From Eledone cirrhosa (lineage: Eukaryota): DNA of 64,000 nt. Numbering within the stretch: the first letter of the stretch is position 1; every line of letters starts with the position of its first letter. Shown piece after piece: positions 11,601 to 25,800 of the stretch. The notes under the pieces were generated by a model. The model was not told where the DNA came from and did no database searches. It saw only the letters and a program-made list of their open reading frames with translations. The DNA lies in assembly GCA_964016885.1 (NCBI GenBank), contig CAXHJY010001472.1, positions 806,001 to 870,000 on the forward strand. Direction: 5' to 3'. The translations under genes and the position numbers were made by a program.

Positions 11601-14006
11601 AATTATCTCCCCTTGGACGGCTGCAAATTATCTCCCCTTGATTTTTTTTACAAATTATCTCCCCTTGATTTTTTTTACAAATTATCTCCCCCTGATTTTT
11701 TTTACAAATTATCTTCCCTTGGACGGCTGGAAATTATCTCCCCTTGGAAGGATGGAAATTATCTCCCCTTGGACGGCTGGAAATTATCTCCCCTTGCACG
11801 GCTGGAAATTATCTCCCCTTGGACAGCTGGAAATTATCTGCCCTTGATTTTGTTTTTACAAATTATCTCCCCCTGATTTTTTTTACAAATTATCTCCACC
11901 TGATTTTTTTAAAAATTATCTCCCCTTGGACGGCTGGAAATTATCTCCCCTTGGCTGGAAATTATCTCCCCTTGGACGGCTAGAAATTATCTCTCTTTGG
12001 ACGGCTGGAAATTATCTCCCTTTGATTTTTTTAACAAATTATCTCCCTCTGATTTTTTTTACAAATCTCCCCCTGATTTTTTTAAAAAAATTATCTCCCC
12101 TTCGCTGGCTGGAAATTATCTCCCCTTGGACACTGGAAATTATAGCCCCCTGGAGGGCTGGAAATTATCTTCCCTTGGACGGCTGGAAATTATCTCCCCT
12201 TGATTTTTTTTACAAATTATCTCCCCCTGATTTTTTTTTACAAATTATCTCCCCCTGATTTTTTTTACAAATTATCTCCCCCTGATTTTTTTTTACAAAT
12301 TATCTCCCCCTGATATTTTTTTTACAAATTATCTCCGCCTGATTTTTTAAAAAAAATTATCTCCCCTTGGACGGCTGGAAATTATCTCCCCTTGGACGGC
12401 TGGAAATTATCTCCCCTTGGACGGCTAGAAATTACCTCTCCTTGGACGGCTGAAAATTATCTCCCCTTGGACGGCTGCAAATTATCTCCCCTTGATTTTT
12501 TTTACAAATTATCTCCCCCTGATTTTTTTTTTACAAATTATCTCCCCCTGATTTTTTTTTTACAAATCTCCGCCTGATTTTTAAAAAAAATTATCTCCCC
12601 TTGGACGGCTGGAAATTATCTCCCCTTGGACGGCTGGAAATTATCTTCCCTTGGACGGCTAGAAATTACCTCTCCTTGGACGGCTGAAAATTATCTCCCC
12701 TTGGACGGCTGGAAATTATCTCCCCTTGATTTTTTTACAAATTATCTGCCCCTGATTTTTTTTTTACAAATTATCTCCCCCTGATTTTTTTAAAAATGAT
12801 CTCCCCTTGGACGGCTGGAAATGATCTCCCCTTGGCTGGTTGGAAATTATCTCCCCTTGGACCGCTAGAAATAATCTCTCCTTGGACGGCTGGAAATTAT
12901 CTCCCCTTGATTTTTTTTACAAATCTCCCCCTAATTTAAAAAAAAATTATCTCCCCTTCGCTGGCTGGAAATTATCTCCCTTTGGACGGCTGGAAATTAT
13001 AGCCCCTTGTAGGGCTGGAAATTATCTCCCCTTGGACGGCTGGAAATTATCTCCCCTTGATTTTCTTTACAAATTATCTCCCCCTGACTTTTTAAAAAAT
13101 GATCTCCCCTTGGACGGCTGGAAATGATCTCCCCTTGGCTGGTTGGAAATTTTCTCCCCTTGGACCGCTAGAAATTATCTCTCCTTGGACGGCTGGAAAT
13201 TATCTCCCCTTGATTTTTTTACAAATTATCTCCCCCTGATTTTTTTTACAAATCTCCCAGTGATTTTTTAAAAAAATTATCTCCCCTTCGCTGGCTGGAA
13301 ATTATCTCCCCTTGGACGCTGGAAATTATAGCCCCTTGGAGGGCTGGAAATTATCTTCCCTTGGACGGCTGGAAATTATCTCCCCTTGATTTTTTTTTAC
13401 AAATTATCTCCCCCTGATTTTTTTTTACAAATTATCTCCCCCTGATTTTTTTTACAAATTATCTCCCCCTGATTTTTTTAAACAAATTATCTCCCCTTGG
13501 ACGGCTGGAAATTATCTCCCCTTGGACGGCTGGAAATTATCTCCCCTTGGACGGCTAGAAATTACCTCTCCTTGGACAGCTGAAAATTATCTCCCCTTGG
13601 ACGGCTGCAAATTATCTCCCCTTGATTTTTTTTACAAATTATCTCCCCTTGATTTTTTTTTACAAATTATCTCCCCCTGATTTTTTTTACAAATTATCTC
13701 CCCCTGATTTTTTTTTACAAATTATCTCCCCCTGATTTTTTTTACAAAATATCTCCCCCTGATTTTTTTACAAATTATCTCCCCCTGATTTTTTTTACAA
13801 TCTCCGCCTGATTTTTTTAAAAATTATCTTGCCTTGGCTGGCTGGAAATTATCTCCCCTTGGACGGCTGGAAATTATCTCCCCTTGGAAGGATGGAAATT
13901 ATCTCCCCTTGGACGGCTGGAAATTATCTCCCCTTGCACGGCTGGAAATTATCTCCCCTTGGACAGCTGGAAATTATCTGCCCTTGATTTTGTTTTTACA
14001 AATTAT
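5656..14006 (+). repeat. Near-perfect 4120-bp tandem duplication
   Basis: The offset is a constant 4120 (5826/9946, 6260/10380, 7114/11234, 7806/11926, 8720/12840, 9714/13834). I noticed only one mismatch (9524 C vs 13644 T). Confidence 0.92.
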
Positions 14007-17000
14007 GTTCCCCTGATTTTTTTTACAAATTATCTCCACCTGATTTTTTAAAAAATTATCTCCCCTTGGACGGCTGGAAATTATCTCCCCTTGGTTGGAA
14101 ATTATCTCCCCTTGGACGGCTAGAAATTATCTCTGTTTGGACGGCTGGAAATTATCTCCCTTTGATTTTTTTAACAAATTATCTCCCTCTGATTTTTTTT
14201 ACAAATCTCCCCCTGATTTTTTTAAAAAAATTATCTCCCCTTCGCTGGCTGGAAATTATCTCCCCTTGGACACTGGAAATTATAGCCCCCTGGAGGGCTG
14301 GAAATTATCTTCCCTTGGACGGCTGGAAATTATCTCCCCTTGATTTTTTTTACAAATTATCTCCCCCTGATTTTTTTTTTACAAATTATCTCCCCCTGAT
14401 TTTTTTTACAAATTATCTCCCCCTGATTTTTTTACAAATTATCTCCGCCTGATTTTTTTAAAAATTATCTTCCCTTGGCTGGCGGGAAATTATCTCCCCT
14501 TGGACGGCTGGAAATTATCTCCCCTTGGAAGGATGGAAATTATCTCCCCTTGGACAGCTGGAAATTATCTCCCCTTGGACGGCTGAAAATTATCTCCCCT
14601 TGATTTTTTTTTTACAAATTATCTCCCCCTGATTTTTTTTTACAAATTATCTCCCCCTGATTTTTTTTTTACAAATTATCTCTCCCTGATTTTTTTTTAC
14701 AAATATCTCCCCTTGGCTGGCTGGAAATTATCTCCCCTTGGACGGTTGGAAATTATCTCCCCTTGGACGGCTGGAAATTATCTCCCCTTGGACGGCTGGA
14801 AATTATCTCCTCTTGGACGGCTGGAAATTATCTCCCCTTGGACGGCTGGAAATTATCTGCCCTTGATTTTTTTTTACAAATTATCTCCCCCTGATTTTTT
14901 TAAAAATGATCTCCCCTTGGACGGCTGGAAATGATCTCCCCTTGGCTGGTTGGAAATTATCTCCCCTTGGACCGCTAGAAATTATCTCTCCTTGGACGGC
15001 TGGAAATTATCTCCCCTTGATTTTTTTACAAATTATCTCGTCCTGATTTTTTTTACAAATCTCCCAGTGATTTAAAAAAAAAAATTATCTCCCCTTCGCT
15101 GGCTGGAAATTATCTCACCTTGGACGCTGGAAATTATAGCCCCTTGGAGGGCTGGAAATTATCTTCACTTGGACGGCTGGAAATTATCTCCCCTTGATTT
15201 TTTTTACAAATTATCTCCCCCTGATTTTTTTTTACAAATTATCTCCCCCGGATTTTTTTTTATAAATTATCTCCCCCTGATTTTTTTTAACAAATTATCT
15301 CCGCCTGATTTTTAAAAAAAAATTATCTCCCCTTAGACGGCTGGAAATTATCTCCCCTTGGACGGCTGGAAATTATCTCCCCTTGGACGGCTAGAAATTG
15401 GACGGCTGAAAATTATCTCCCCTTGGACGGCTGCAAATTATCTCCCCTTGATTTTTTTTACAAATTATCTCCCCCTGATTTTTTTTTACAAATTATCTCC
15501 CCCTGATTTTTTTTTACAAATTATCTCCCCCTGATTTTTTTTTACAAATTATCTACCCCTGATTTTTTTTTACAAATTATCTCCCCCTGATTTTTTTTTA
15601 CAAATTATCTCCCCCTGATTTTTTTTTACAAATTATCTCCCCCTGATTTTTTTTTTACAAATTATCTCCCCCTGATTTTTTTACAAATTATCTCCCCGTG
15701 ATTTTTTTTACAATCTCCGCCTGATTTTTTAAAAAATGATCTCCCCTTGGACGGCTGGAAATGATCTCCCCTTGGCTGGTTGGAAATTATCTCCCCTTGG
15801 ACCGCTAGAAATTATCTCTCCTTGGACGGCTGGAAATTATCTCCCCTTGATTTTTTTACAAATTATCTCCCCCTGATTTTTTTTACAAATCTCCCAGTGA
15901 TTTTTAAAAAAAAATTATCTCCCCTTCGCTGGCTGGAAATTATCTCCCCTTGGACGCTGGAAATTATAGCCCCCTTGGAGGGCTGGAAATTATCTTCCCT
16001 TGGACGGCTGGAAATTATCTCCCCTTGATTTTTTTACAAATTATCTCCCCCTGATTTTTTTTTACAAATTATCTCCGCCTGATTTTTAAAAAAAAATTAT
16101 CTCCCCTTGGACGGCTGGAATTATCTCCCCTTGGACGGCTGGAAATTATCTCCCCTTGGACGGCTAGAAATTACCTCTCCTTGGACGGCTGAAAATTATC
16201 TCCCCTTGGACGGCTGCAAATTATCTCCCCTTGATTTTTTTTACAAATTATCTCCCCCTGATTTTTTTTTACAAATTATCTACCCCTGATTTTTTTTACA
16301 AATTATCTCCCCCTGATTTTTTTTTACAAATTATCTCCCCCTGATTTTTTTTTACAAATTATCTCCCCCTGATTTTTTTACAAATTATCTCCCCCTGATT
16401 TTTTTTACAATCTCCGCCTGATTTTTTAAAAAATAATCTTCCCTTGGCTGGCGGGAAATTATCTCCCCTTGGACGGCTGGAAATTATCTCCCCTTGGAAG
16501 GATAGAAATTATCTCCCCTTGGACGGCTGGAAATTATCTCCCCTTGCACGGCTGGAAATTATCTCCCCTTGGACAGCTGGAAATTATCTGCCCTTGATTT
16601 TGTTTTTACAAATTATCTCCCCCTGATTTTTTTTACAAATTATCTCCACCTGATTTTTTAAAAAATTATCTCCCCTTGGACGGCTGGAAATTATCTCCCC
16701 TTGGCTGGAAATTATCTCCCCTTGGACGGCTAGAAATTATCTCTCTTTGGACGGCTGGAAATTATCTCCCTTTGATTTTTTTTACAAATTATCTCCCTCT
16801 GATTTTTTTTACAAATCTCCCCCTGATTTTTAAAAAAAAATTATCTCCCCTTCGCTGGCTGGAAATTATCTCCCCTTGGACACTGGAAATTATAGCCCCT
16901 TGGAGGGCTGGAAATTATCTTCCCTTGGACGGCTGGAAATTATCTCCCCTTGATTTTTTTTACAAATTATCTCCCCCTGATATTTTTTTTACAAATTATC

Positions 17001-18343
17001 TCCCCCTGATTTTTTTACAAATTATCTCCCCCTGATTTTTTTTACAAATTATCTCCGCCTGATTTTTTTAAATATTATCTTCCCTTGGCTGGCGGGAAAT
17101 TATCTCCCCTTGGACGGTTGGAAATTATCTCCCCTTGCACTGCTGGAAATTATCTCCCCTTGGACGGCTGGAAATTATATCCCCTTGCACGGCTGGAAAT
17201 TATCATCCCCTTGGACGGCTGAAAATTATCTCCCCTTGATTTTTTTTTACAAATTATCTGCCCCTGATTTTTTTTTACAAATTATCTCCCCCTGATTTTT
17301 TTTTACAAATTATCTCCGCCTGATTTTTAAAAAAAAATTATCTCCCCTTAGACGGCTGGAAATTATCTCCCCTTGGACGGCTGGAAATTATCTCCCCTTG
17401 GACGGCTAGAAATTGGACGGCTGAAAATTATCTCCCCTTGGACGGCTGCAAATTATCTCCCCTTGATTTTTTTTACAAATTATCTCCCCCTGATTTTTTT
17501 TTACAAATTATCTCCCCCTGATTTTTTTTTTACAAATTATCTCCCCCTGATTTTTTTACAAATTATCTCCCCCTGATTTTTTTTACAATCTCCGCCTGAT
17601 TTTTTAAAAAATTATCTTCCCTTGGCTGGCGGGAAATTATCTCCCCTTGGACGGCTGGAAATTATCTCCCCTTGGCTGGAAATTATCTCCCCTTGGACAC
17701 TGGAAATTATAGCCCCTTGGAGGGCTGGAAATTATCTTCCCTTGGACGGCTGGAAATTATCTCCCCTTGATTTTTTTACAAATTATCTGCCCCTGATTTT
17801 TTTTTACAAATTATCTCCCCCTGATTTTTTTTTACAAATTATCTACCCCTGATTTTTTTTACAAATTATCTCCCCCTGATTTTTTTTTTACAAATTATCT
17901 CCCCCTGATTTTTTTAAAAATGATCTCCCCTTGGACGGCTGGAAATGATCTCCCCTTGGCTGGTTGGAAATTATCTCCCCTTGGACCGCTAGAAATTATC
18001 TCTCCTTGGACGGCTGGAAATTATTTCCCCTTGATTTTTTTTACAAATCTCCCCCTAATTTAAAAAAAAATTATCTCCCCTTCGCTGGCTGGAAATTATC
18101 TCCCTTTGGACGGCTGGAAATTATAGCCCCTTGTAGGGCTGGAAATTATCTCCCCTTGGACGGCTGGAAATTATCTCCCCTTGATTTTTTTTACAAATTA
18201 TCTCCCCCTGACTTTTTTAAAAATGATCTCCCCTTGGACGGCTGGAAATGATCTCCCCTTGGCTGGTTGGAAATTTTCTCCCCTTGGACCGCTAGAAATT
18301 ATCTCTCCTTGGACGGCTGGAAATTATCTCCCCTTGATTTTTT

Positions 18344-20486
18344 TACAAATTATCTCCCCCTGATTTTTTTTACAAATCTCCCAGTGATTTTTTAAAAAAA
18401 TTATCTCCCCTTCGCTGGCTGGAAATTATCTCCCCTTGGACGCTGGAAATTATAGCCCCTTGGAGGGCTGGAAATTATCTTCCCTTGGACGGCTGGAAAT
18501 TATCTCCCCTTGATTTTTTTTACAAATTATCTCCCCCTGATTTTTTTTTACAAATTATCTCCCCCTGATTTTTTTTACAAATTATCTCCCCCTGATTTTT
18601 TTTTACAAATTATCTCCCCCTGATTTTTTTTACAAAATATCTCCCCCTGATTTTTTTACAAATTATCTCCCCCTGATTTTTTTTACAATCTCCGCCTGAT
18701 TTTTTTAAAAATTATCTTGCCTTGGCTGGCTGGAAATTATCTCCCCTTGGACGGCTGGAAATTATCTCCCCTTGGAAGGATGGAAATTATCTCCCCTTGG
18801 ACGGCTGGAAATTATCTCCCCTTGCACGGCTGGAAATTATCTCCCCTTGGACAGCTGGAAATTATCTGCCCTTGATTTTGTTTTTACAAATTATGTTCCC
18901 CTGATTTTTTTTACAAATTATCTCCACCTGATTTTTTAAAAAATTATCTCCCCTTGGACGGCTGGAAATTATCTCCCCTTGGTTGGAAATTATCTCCCCT
19001 TGGACGGCTAGAAATTATCTCTGTTTGGACGGCTGGAAATTATCTCCCTTTGATTTTTTTAACAAATTATCTCCCTCTGATTTTTTTTACAAATCTCCCC
19101 CTGATTTTTTTAAAAAAATTATCTCCCCTTCGCTGGCTGGAAATTATCTCCCCTTGGACACTGGAAATTATAGCCCCCTGGAGGGCTGGAAATTATCTTC
19201 CCTTGGACGGCTGGAAAGTATCTCCCCTTGATTTTTTTTACAAATTATCTCCCCCTGATTTTTTTAAAAATGATCTCCCCTTGGACGGCTGGAAATGATC
19301 TCCCCTTGGCTGGTTGGCAATTATCTCCCCTTGGACCGCTAGAAATTATCTCTCCTTGGATGGCTGGAAATTATCTCCCCTTGATTTTTCTACAAATTAT
19401 CTCCCCCTGATTTTTTTTACAAATCTCCCAGTGATTTTTTAAAAAAATTATCTCCCCTTCGCTGGCTGGAAATTATCTCCCCTTGGACGCTGGAAATTAT
19501 AGCCCCTTGGAGGGCTGGAAATTATCTTCCCTTGGACGGCTGGAAATTATCTCCCCTTGATTTTTTTTACAAATTATCTCCCCCTGATTTTTTTTTACAA
19601 ATTATCTCCCCCTGATTTTTTTTACAAATTATCTCCCCCTGATTTTTTTTTACAAATTATCTCCCCCTGATTTTTTTTACAAAATATCTCCCCCTGATTT
19701 TTTTACAAATTATCTCCCCCTGATTTTTTTTACAATCTCCGCCTGATTTTTTTAAAAATTATCTTGCCTTGGCTGGCTGGAAATTATCTCCCCTTGGACG
19801 GCTGGAAATTATCTCCCCTTGGAAGGATGGAAATTATCTCCCCTTGGACGGCTGGAAATTATCTCCCCTTGCACGGCTGGAAATTATCTCCCCTTGGACA
19901 GCTGGAAATTATCTGCCCTTGATTTTGTTTTTACAAATTATGTTCCCCTGATTTTTTTTACAAATTATCTCCACCTGATTTTTTAAAAAATTATCTCCCC
20001 TTGGACGGCTGGAAATTATCTCCCCTTGGTTGGAAATTATCTCCCCTTGGACGGCTAGAAATTATCTCTGTTTGGACGGCTGGAAATTATCTCCCTTTGA
20101 TTTTTTTAACAAATTATCTCCCTCTGATTTTTTTTACAAATCTCCCCCTGATTTTTTTAAAAAAATTATCTCCCCTTCGCTGGCTGGAAATTATCTCCCC
20201 TTGGACACTGGAAATTATAGCCCCCTGGAGGGCTGGAAATTATCTTCCCTTGGACGGCTGGAAAGTATCTCCCCTTGATTTTTTTTACAAATTATCTCCC
20301 CCTGATTTTTTTAAAAATGATCTCCCCTTGGACGGCTGGAAATGATCTCCCCTTGGCTGGTTGGCAATTATCTCCCCTTGGACCGCTAGAAATTATCTCT
20401 CCTTGGATGGCTGGAAATTATCTCCCCTTGATTTTTCTACAAATTATCTCCCCCTGATTTTTTTTACAAATCTCCCAGTGATTTTT
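18344..20486 (+). repeat. 1047-bp tandem duplication
   Basis: The offset is a constant 1047 (18722/19769, 18954/20001, 19228/20275). Private variants GGAAAGTATC (~19213/~20260) and TTGGCAATT (~19314/~20361) were seen only in these two copies. Confidence 0.92.
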
Positions 20487-22121
20487 AAAAAAAATTTTCT
20501 CCCCTTCGCTGGCTGGAAATTATCTCCCCTTGGACGCTGGAAATTATAGCCCCTTGGAAGGCTGGAAATTATCTTCCCATGGACGGCTGGAAATTATCTC
20601 CCCTTGATTTTTTTTTACAAATTATCTCCCCCTGATTTTTTTTTTACAAATTATCTCCCCCTGATTTTTTTTAACAAATTATCTCCGCCTGATTTTTTTA
20701 AAAAAATTATCTCCCCTTGGACGGCTGGAAATTATCTCCCCTTGGACGGCTGGAAATTATCTCCCCTTGGACGGCTAGAAATTACCTCTCCTTGGACGGC
20801 TGAAAATTATCTCCCCTTGGACGGCTGCAAATTATCTCCCCTTGATTTTTTTTACAAATTATCTCCCCTTGATTTTTTTTTATAAATTATCTCCCCCTGA
20901 TTTTTTTTACAAATTATCTTCCCTTGGACGGCTGGAAATTATCTCCCCTTGGAAGGATGGAAATTATCTCCCCTTGCACGGCTGGAAATTATCTCCCCTT
21001 GGACAGCTGGAAATTATCTGCCCTTGATTTTTTTTTTACAAATTATCTCCCCCTGATTTTTTTTTACAAATTATCTCCCCCTGATTTTTTTTTTACAAAT
21101 TATCTCCGCCTGATTTTTTTTTAAAATTATCTCCCCTTGGACGGCTGGAAATTATCTCCCCTTGGACGGCTGGAAATTATCTTCCCTTGGACGGCTAGAA
21201 ATTACCTCTCCTTGGACGGCTGAAAATTATCTCCCCTTGGACGGCTGGAAATTATCTCCCCTTGATTTTTTTACAAATTATCTGCCCCTGATTTTTTTTT
21301 ACAAATTATCTCCCCCTGATTTTTTTTTACAAATTATCTCCCCCTGATTTTTTTTTACAAATTATCTCCCCCTGATTTTTTTTTTACAAATTATCTCCCC
21401 CTGATTTTTTTACAAATTATCTCCCCCTGATTTTTTTTACAATCTCCGCCTGATTTTTTAAAAAATTATCTTCCCTTGGCTGGCGGGAAATTATCTCCCC
21501 TTGGACGGCTGGAAATTATCTCCCCTTGGCTGGAAATTATCTCCCCTTGGACACTGGAAATTATAGCCCCTTGGAGGGCTGGAAATTATCTTCCCTTGGA
21601 CGGCTGGAAATTATCTCCCCTTGATTTTTTTACAAATTATCTGCCCCTGATTTTTTTTTTACAAATTATCTCCCCCTGATTTTTTTTTACAAATTATCTA
21701 CCCCTGATTTTTTTTACAAATTATCTCCCCCTGATTTTTTTTTTACAAATTATCTCCCCCTGATTTTTTTAAAAATGATCTCCCCTTGGACGGCTGGAAA
21801 TGATCTCCCCTTGGCTGGTTGGAAATTATCTCCCCTTGGACCGCTAGAAATTATCTCTCCTTGGACGGCTGGAAATTATTTCCCCTTGATTTTTATTACA
21901 AATCTCCCCCTAATTTAAAAAAAAATTATCTCCCCTTCGCTGGCTGGAAATTATCTCCCTTTGGACGGCTGGAAATTATAGCCCCTTGTAGGGCTGGAAA
22001 TTATCTCCCCTTGGACGGCTGGAAATTATCTCCCCTTGATTTTTTTTACAAATTATCTCCCCCTGATTTTTTAAAAAATGATCTCCCCTTGGACGGCTGG
22101 AAATGATCTCCCCTTGGCTGG
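20361..22121 (+). repeat. ~1.76-1.78 kb rearranged short-lap HOR module (also at ~51734-53516 and ~60119-61901)
   Basis: The same marker order and junctions occur at three sites (21162/52558/60944; 21476/52872/61258). A diagnostic TTTTATAAATT variant lies at ~20880, ~52253 and ~60638. Confidence 0.8.
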
Positions 22122-22892
22122 TTGGAAATTATCTCCCCTTGGACCGCTAGAAATTATCTCTCCTTGGATGGCTGGAAATTATCTCCCCTTGATTTTTTTA
22201 CAAATTATCTCCCCCTGATTTTTTTTACAAATCTCCCAGTGATTTTTAAAAAAAATTTTCTCCCCTTCGCTGGCTGGAAATTATCTCCCCTTGGACGCTG
22301 GAAATTATAGCCCCTTGGAAGGCTGGAAATTATCTTCCCTTGGACGGCTGGAAATTATCTCCCCTTGATTTTTTTTTACAAATTATCTCCCCCTGATTTT
22401 TTTTTTTACAAATTATCTCCCCCTGATTTTTTTTAACAAATTATCTCCGCCTGATTTTTTTAAAAAAATTATCTCCCCTTGGACGGCTGGAAATTATCTC
22501 CCCTTGGACGGCTGGAAATTATCTCCCCTTGGACGGCTAGAAATTACCTCTCCTTGGACGGCTGAAAATTATCTCCCCTTGGACGGCTGCAAATTATCTC
22601 CCCTTGATTTTTTTTACAAATTATCTCCCCTTGATTTTTTTTTACAAATTATCTCCCCCTGATTTTTTTTACAAATTATCTTCCCTTGGACGGCAGGAAA
22701 TTATCTCCCCTTGGAAGGATGGAAATTATCTCCCCTTGGACGGCTGGAAATTATCTCCCCTTGCACGGCTGGAAATTATCTCCCCTTGGACAGCTGGAAA
22801 TTATCTGCCCTTGATTTTGTTTTTACAAATTATCTCCCCCTGATTTTTTTTACAAATTATCTCCACCTGATTTTTTTAAAAATTATCTCCCC

Positions 22893-25800
22893 TTGGACGG
22901 CTGGAAATTATCTCCCCTTGGCTGGAAATTATCTCCCCTTGGACGGCTAGAAATTATCTCTCTTTGGACGGCTGGAAATTATCTCCCTTTGATTTTTTTA
23001 ACAAATTATCTCCCTCTGATTTTTTTTACAAATCTCCCCCTGATTTTTTTAAAAAAATTATCTCCCCTTCGCTGGCTGGAAATTATCTCCCCTTGGACAC
23101 TGGAAATTATAGCCCCCTGGAGGGCTGGAAATTATCTTCCCTTGGACGGCTGGAAATTATCTCCCCTTGATTTTTTTTACAAATTATCTCCCCCTGATTT
23201 TTTTTTACAAATTATCTCCCCCTGATTTTTTTTACAAATTATCTCCCCCTGATTTTTTTTTTCAAATTATCTCCCCCTGATATTTTTTTTACAAATTATC
23301 TCCGCCTGATTTTTTTAAAAAAATTATCTCCCCTTGGACGGCTGGAAATTATCTCCCCTTGGACGGCTGGAAATTATCTCCCCTTGGACGGCTAGAAATT
23401 ACCTCTCCTTGGACGGCTGAAAATTATCTCCCCTTGGACGGCTGCAAATTATCTCCCCTTGATTTTTTTTACAAATTATCTCCCCCTGATTTTTTTTTTA
23501 CAAATTATCTCCCCCTGATTTTTTTTTTACAAATCTCCGCCTGATTTTAAAAAAAAATTATCTCCCCTTGGACGGCTGGAAATTATCTCCCCTTGGACGG
23601 CTGGAAATTATCTTCCCTTGGACGGCTAGAAATTACCTCTCCTTGGACGGCTGAAAATTATCTCCCCTTGGACGGCTGGAAATTATCTCCCCTTGATTTT
23701 TTTACAAATTATCTGCCCCTGATTCTTTTTTTACAAATTATCTCCCCCTGATTTTTTTAAAAATGATCTCCCCTTGGACGGCTGGAAATGATCTCCCCTT
23801 GGCTGGTTGGAAATTATCTCCCCTTGGACCGCTAGAAATAATCTCTCCTTGGACGGCTGGAAATTATCTCCCCTTGATTTTTTTTACAAATCTCCCCCTA
23901 ATTTAAAAAAAAATTATCTCCCCTTCGCTGGCTGGAAATTATCTCCCTTTGGACGGCTGGAAATTATAGCCCCTTGTAGGGCTGGAAATTATCTCCCCTT
24001 GGACGGCTGGAAATTATCTCCCCTTGATTTTTTTTACAAATTATCTCCCCCTGACTTTTTTAAAAATGATCTCCCCTTGGACGGCTGGAAATGATCTCCC
24101 CTTGGCTGGTTGGAAATTTTCTCCCCTTGGACCGCTAGAAATTATCTCTCCTTGGACGGCTGGAAATTATCTCCCCTTGATTTTTTTACAAATTATCTCC
24201 CCCTGATTTTTTTTACAAATCTCCCAGTGATTTTTTAAAAAAATTATCTCCCCTTCGCTGGCTGGAAATTATCTCCCCTTGGACGCTGGAAATTATAGCC
24301 CCTTGGAGGGCTGGAAATTATCTTCCCTTGGACGGCTGGAAATTATCTCCACTTGATTTTTTTTACAAATTATCTCCCCCTGATTTTTTTTTACAAATTA
24401 TCTCCCCCTGATTTTTTTTACAAATTATCTCCCCCTGATTTTTTTTAACAAATTATCTCCCCTTGGACGGCTGGAAATTATCTCCCCTTGGACGGCTGGA
24501 AATTATCTCCCCTTGGACGGCTAGAAATTACCTCTCCTTGGACAGCTGAAAATTATCTCCCCTTGGACGGCTGCAAATTATCTCCCCTTGATTTTTTTTT
24601 ACAAATTATCTCCCCCTGATTTTTTTTACAAATTATCTCCCCCTGTTTTTTTTTACAAATTATCTCCCCCTGATTTTTTTTACAAAATATCTCCCCCTGA
24701 TTTTTTTACAAATTATCTCCCCCTGATTTTTTTTACAATCTCCGCCTGATTTTTTTAAAAATTATCTTGCCTTGGCTGGCTGGAAATTATCTCCCCTTGG
24801 ACGGCTGGAAATTATCTCCCCTTGGAAGGATGGAAATTATCTCCCCTTGGACGGCTGGAAATTATCTCCCCTTGCACGGCTGGAAATTATCTCCCCTTGG
24901 ACAGCTGGAAATTATCTGCCCTTGATTTTGTTTTTACAAATTATGTTCCCCTGATTTTTTTTACAAATTATCTCCACCTGATTTTTTAAAAAATTATCTC
25001 CCCTTGGACGGCTGGAAATTATCTCCCCTTGGTTGGAAATTATCTCCCCTTGGACGGCTAGAAATTATCTCTGTTTGGACGGCTGGAAATTATCTCCCTT
25101 TGATTTTTTTAACAAATTATCTCCCTCTGATTTTTTTTACAAATCTCCCCCTGATTTTTTTAAAAAAATTATCTCCCCTTCGCTGGCTGGAAATTATCTC
25201 CCCTTGGACACTGGAAATTATAGCCCCCTGGAGGGCTGGAAATTATCTTCCCTTGGACGGCTGGAAATTATCTCCCCTTGATTTTTTTTACAAATTATCT
25301 CCCCCTGATTTTTTTTTTACAAATTATCTCCCCCTGATTTTTTTTACAAATTATCTCCCCCTGATTTTTTTACAAATTATCTCCGCCTGATTTTTTTTAA
25401 AATTATCTTCCCTTGGCTGGCGGGAAATTATCTCCCCTTGGACGGCTGGAAATTATCTCCCCTTGGAAGGATGGAAATTATCTCCCCTTGGACAGCTGGA
25501 AATTATCTCCCCTTGGACGGCTGAAAATTATCTCCCCTTGATTTTTTTTTTACAAATTATCTCCCCCTGATTTTTTTTTACAAATTATCTCCCCCTGATT
25601 TTTTGTTTACAAATTATCTCTCCCTGATTTTTTTTTACAAATATCTCCCCTTGGCTGGCTGGAAATTATCTCCCCTTGGACGGTTGGAAATTATCTCCCC
25701 TTGGACGGCTGGAAATTATCTCCCCTTGAACGGCTGGAAATTATCTCCCCTTGGACCGCTAGAAATTATCTCTCCTTGGACGGCTGGAAATTATCTCCCC

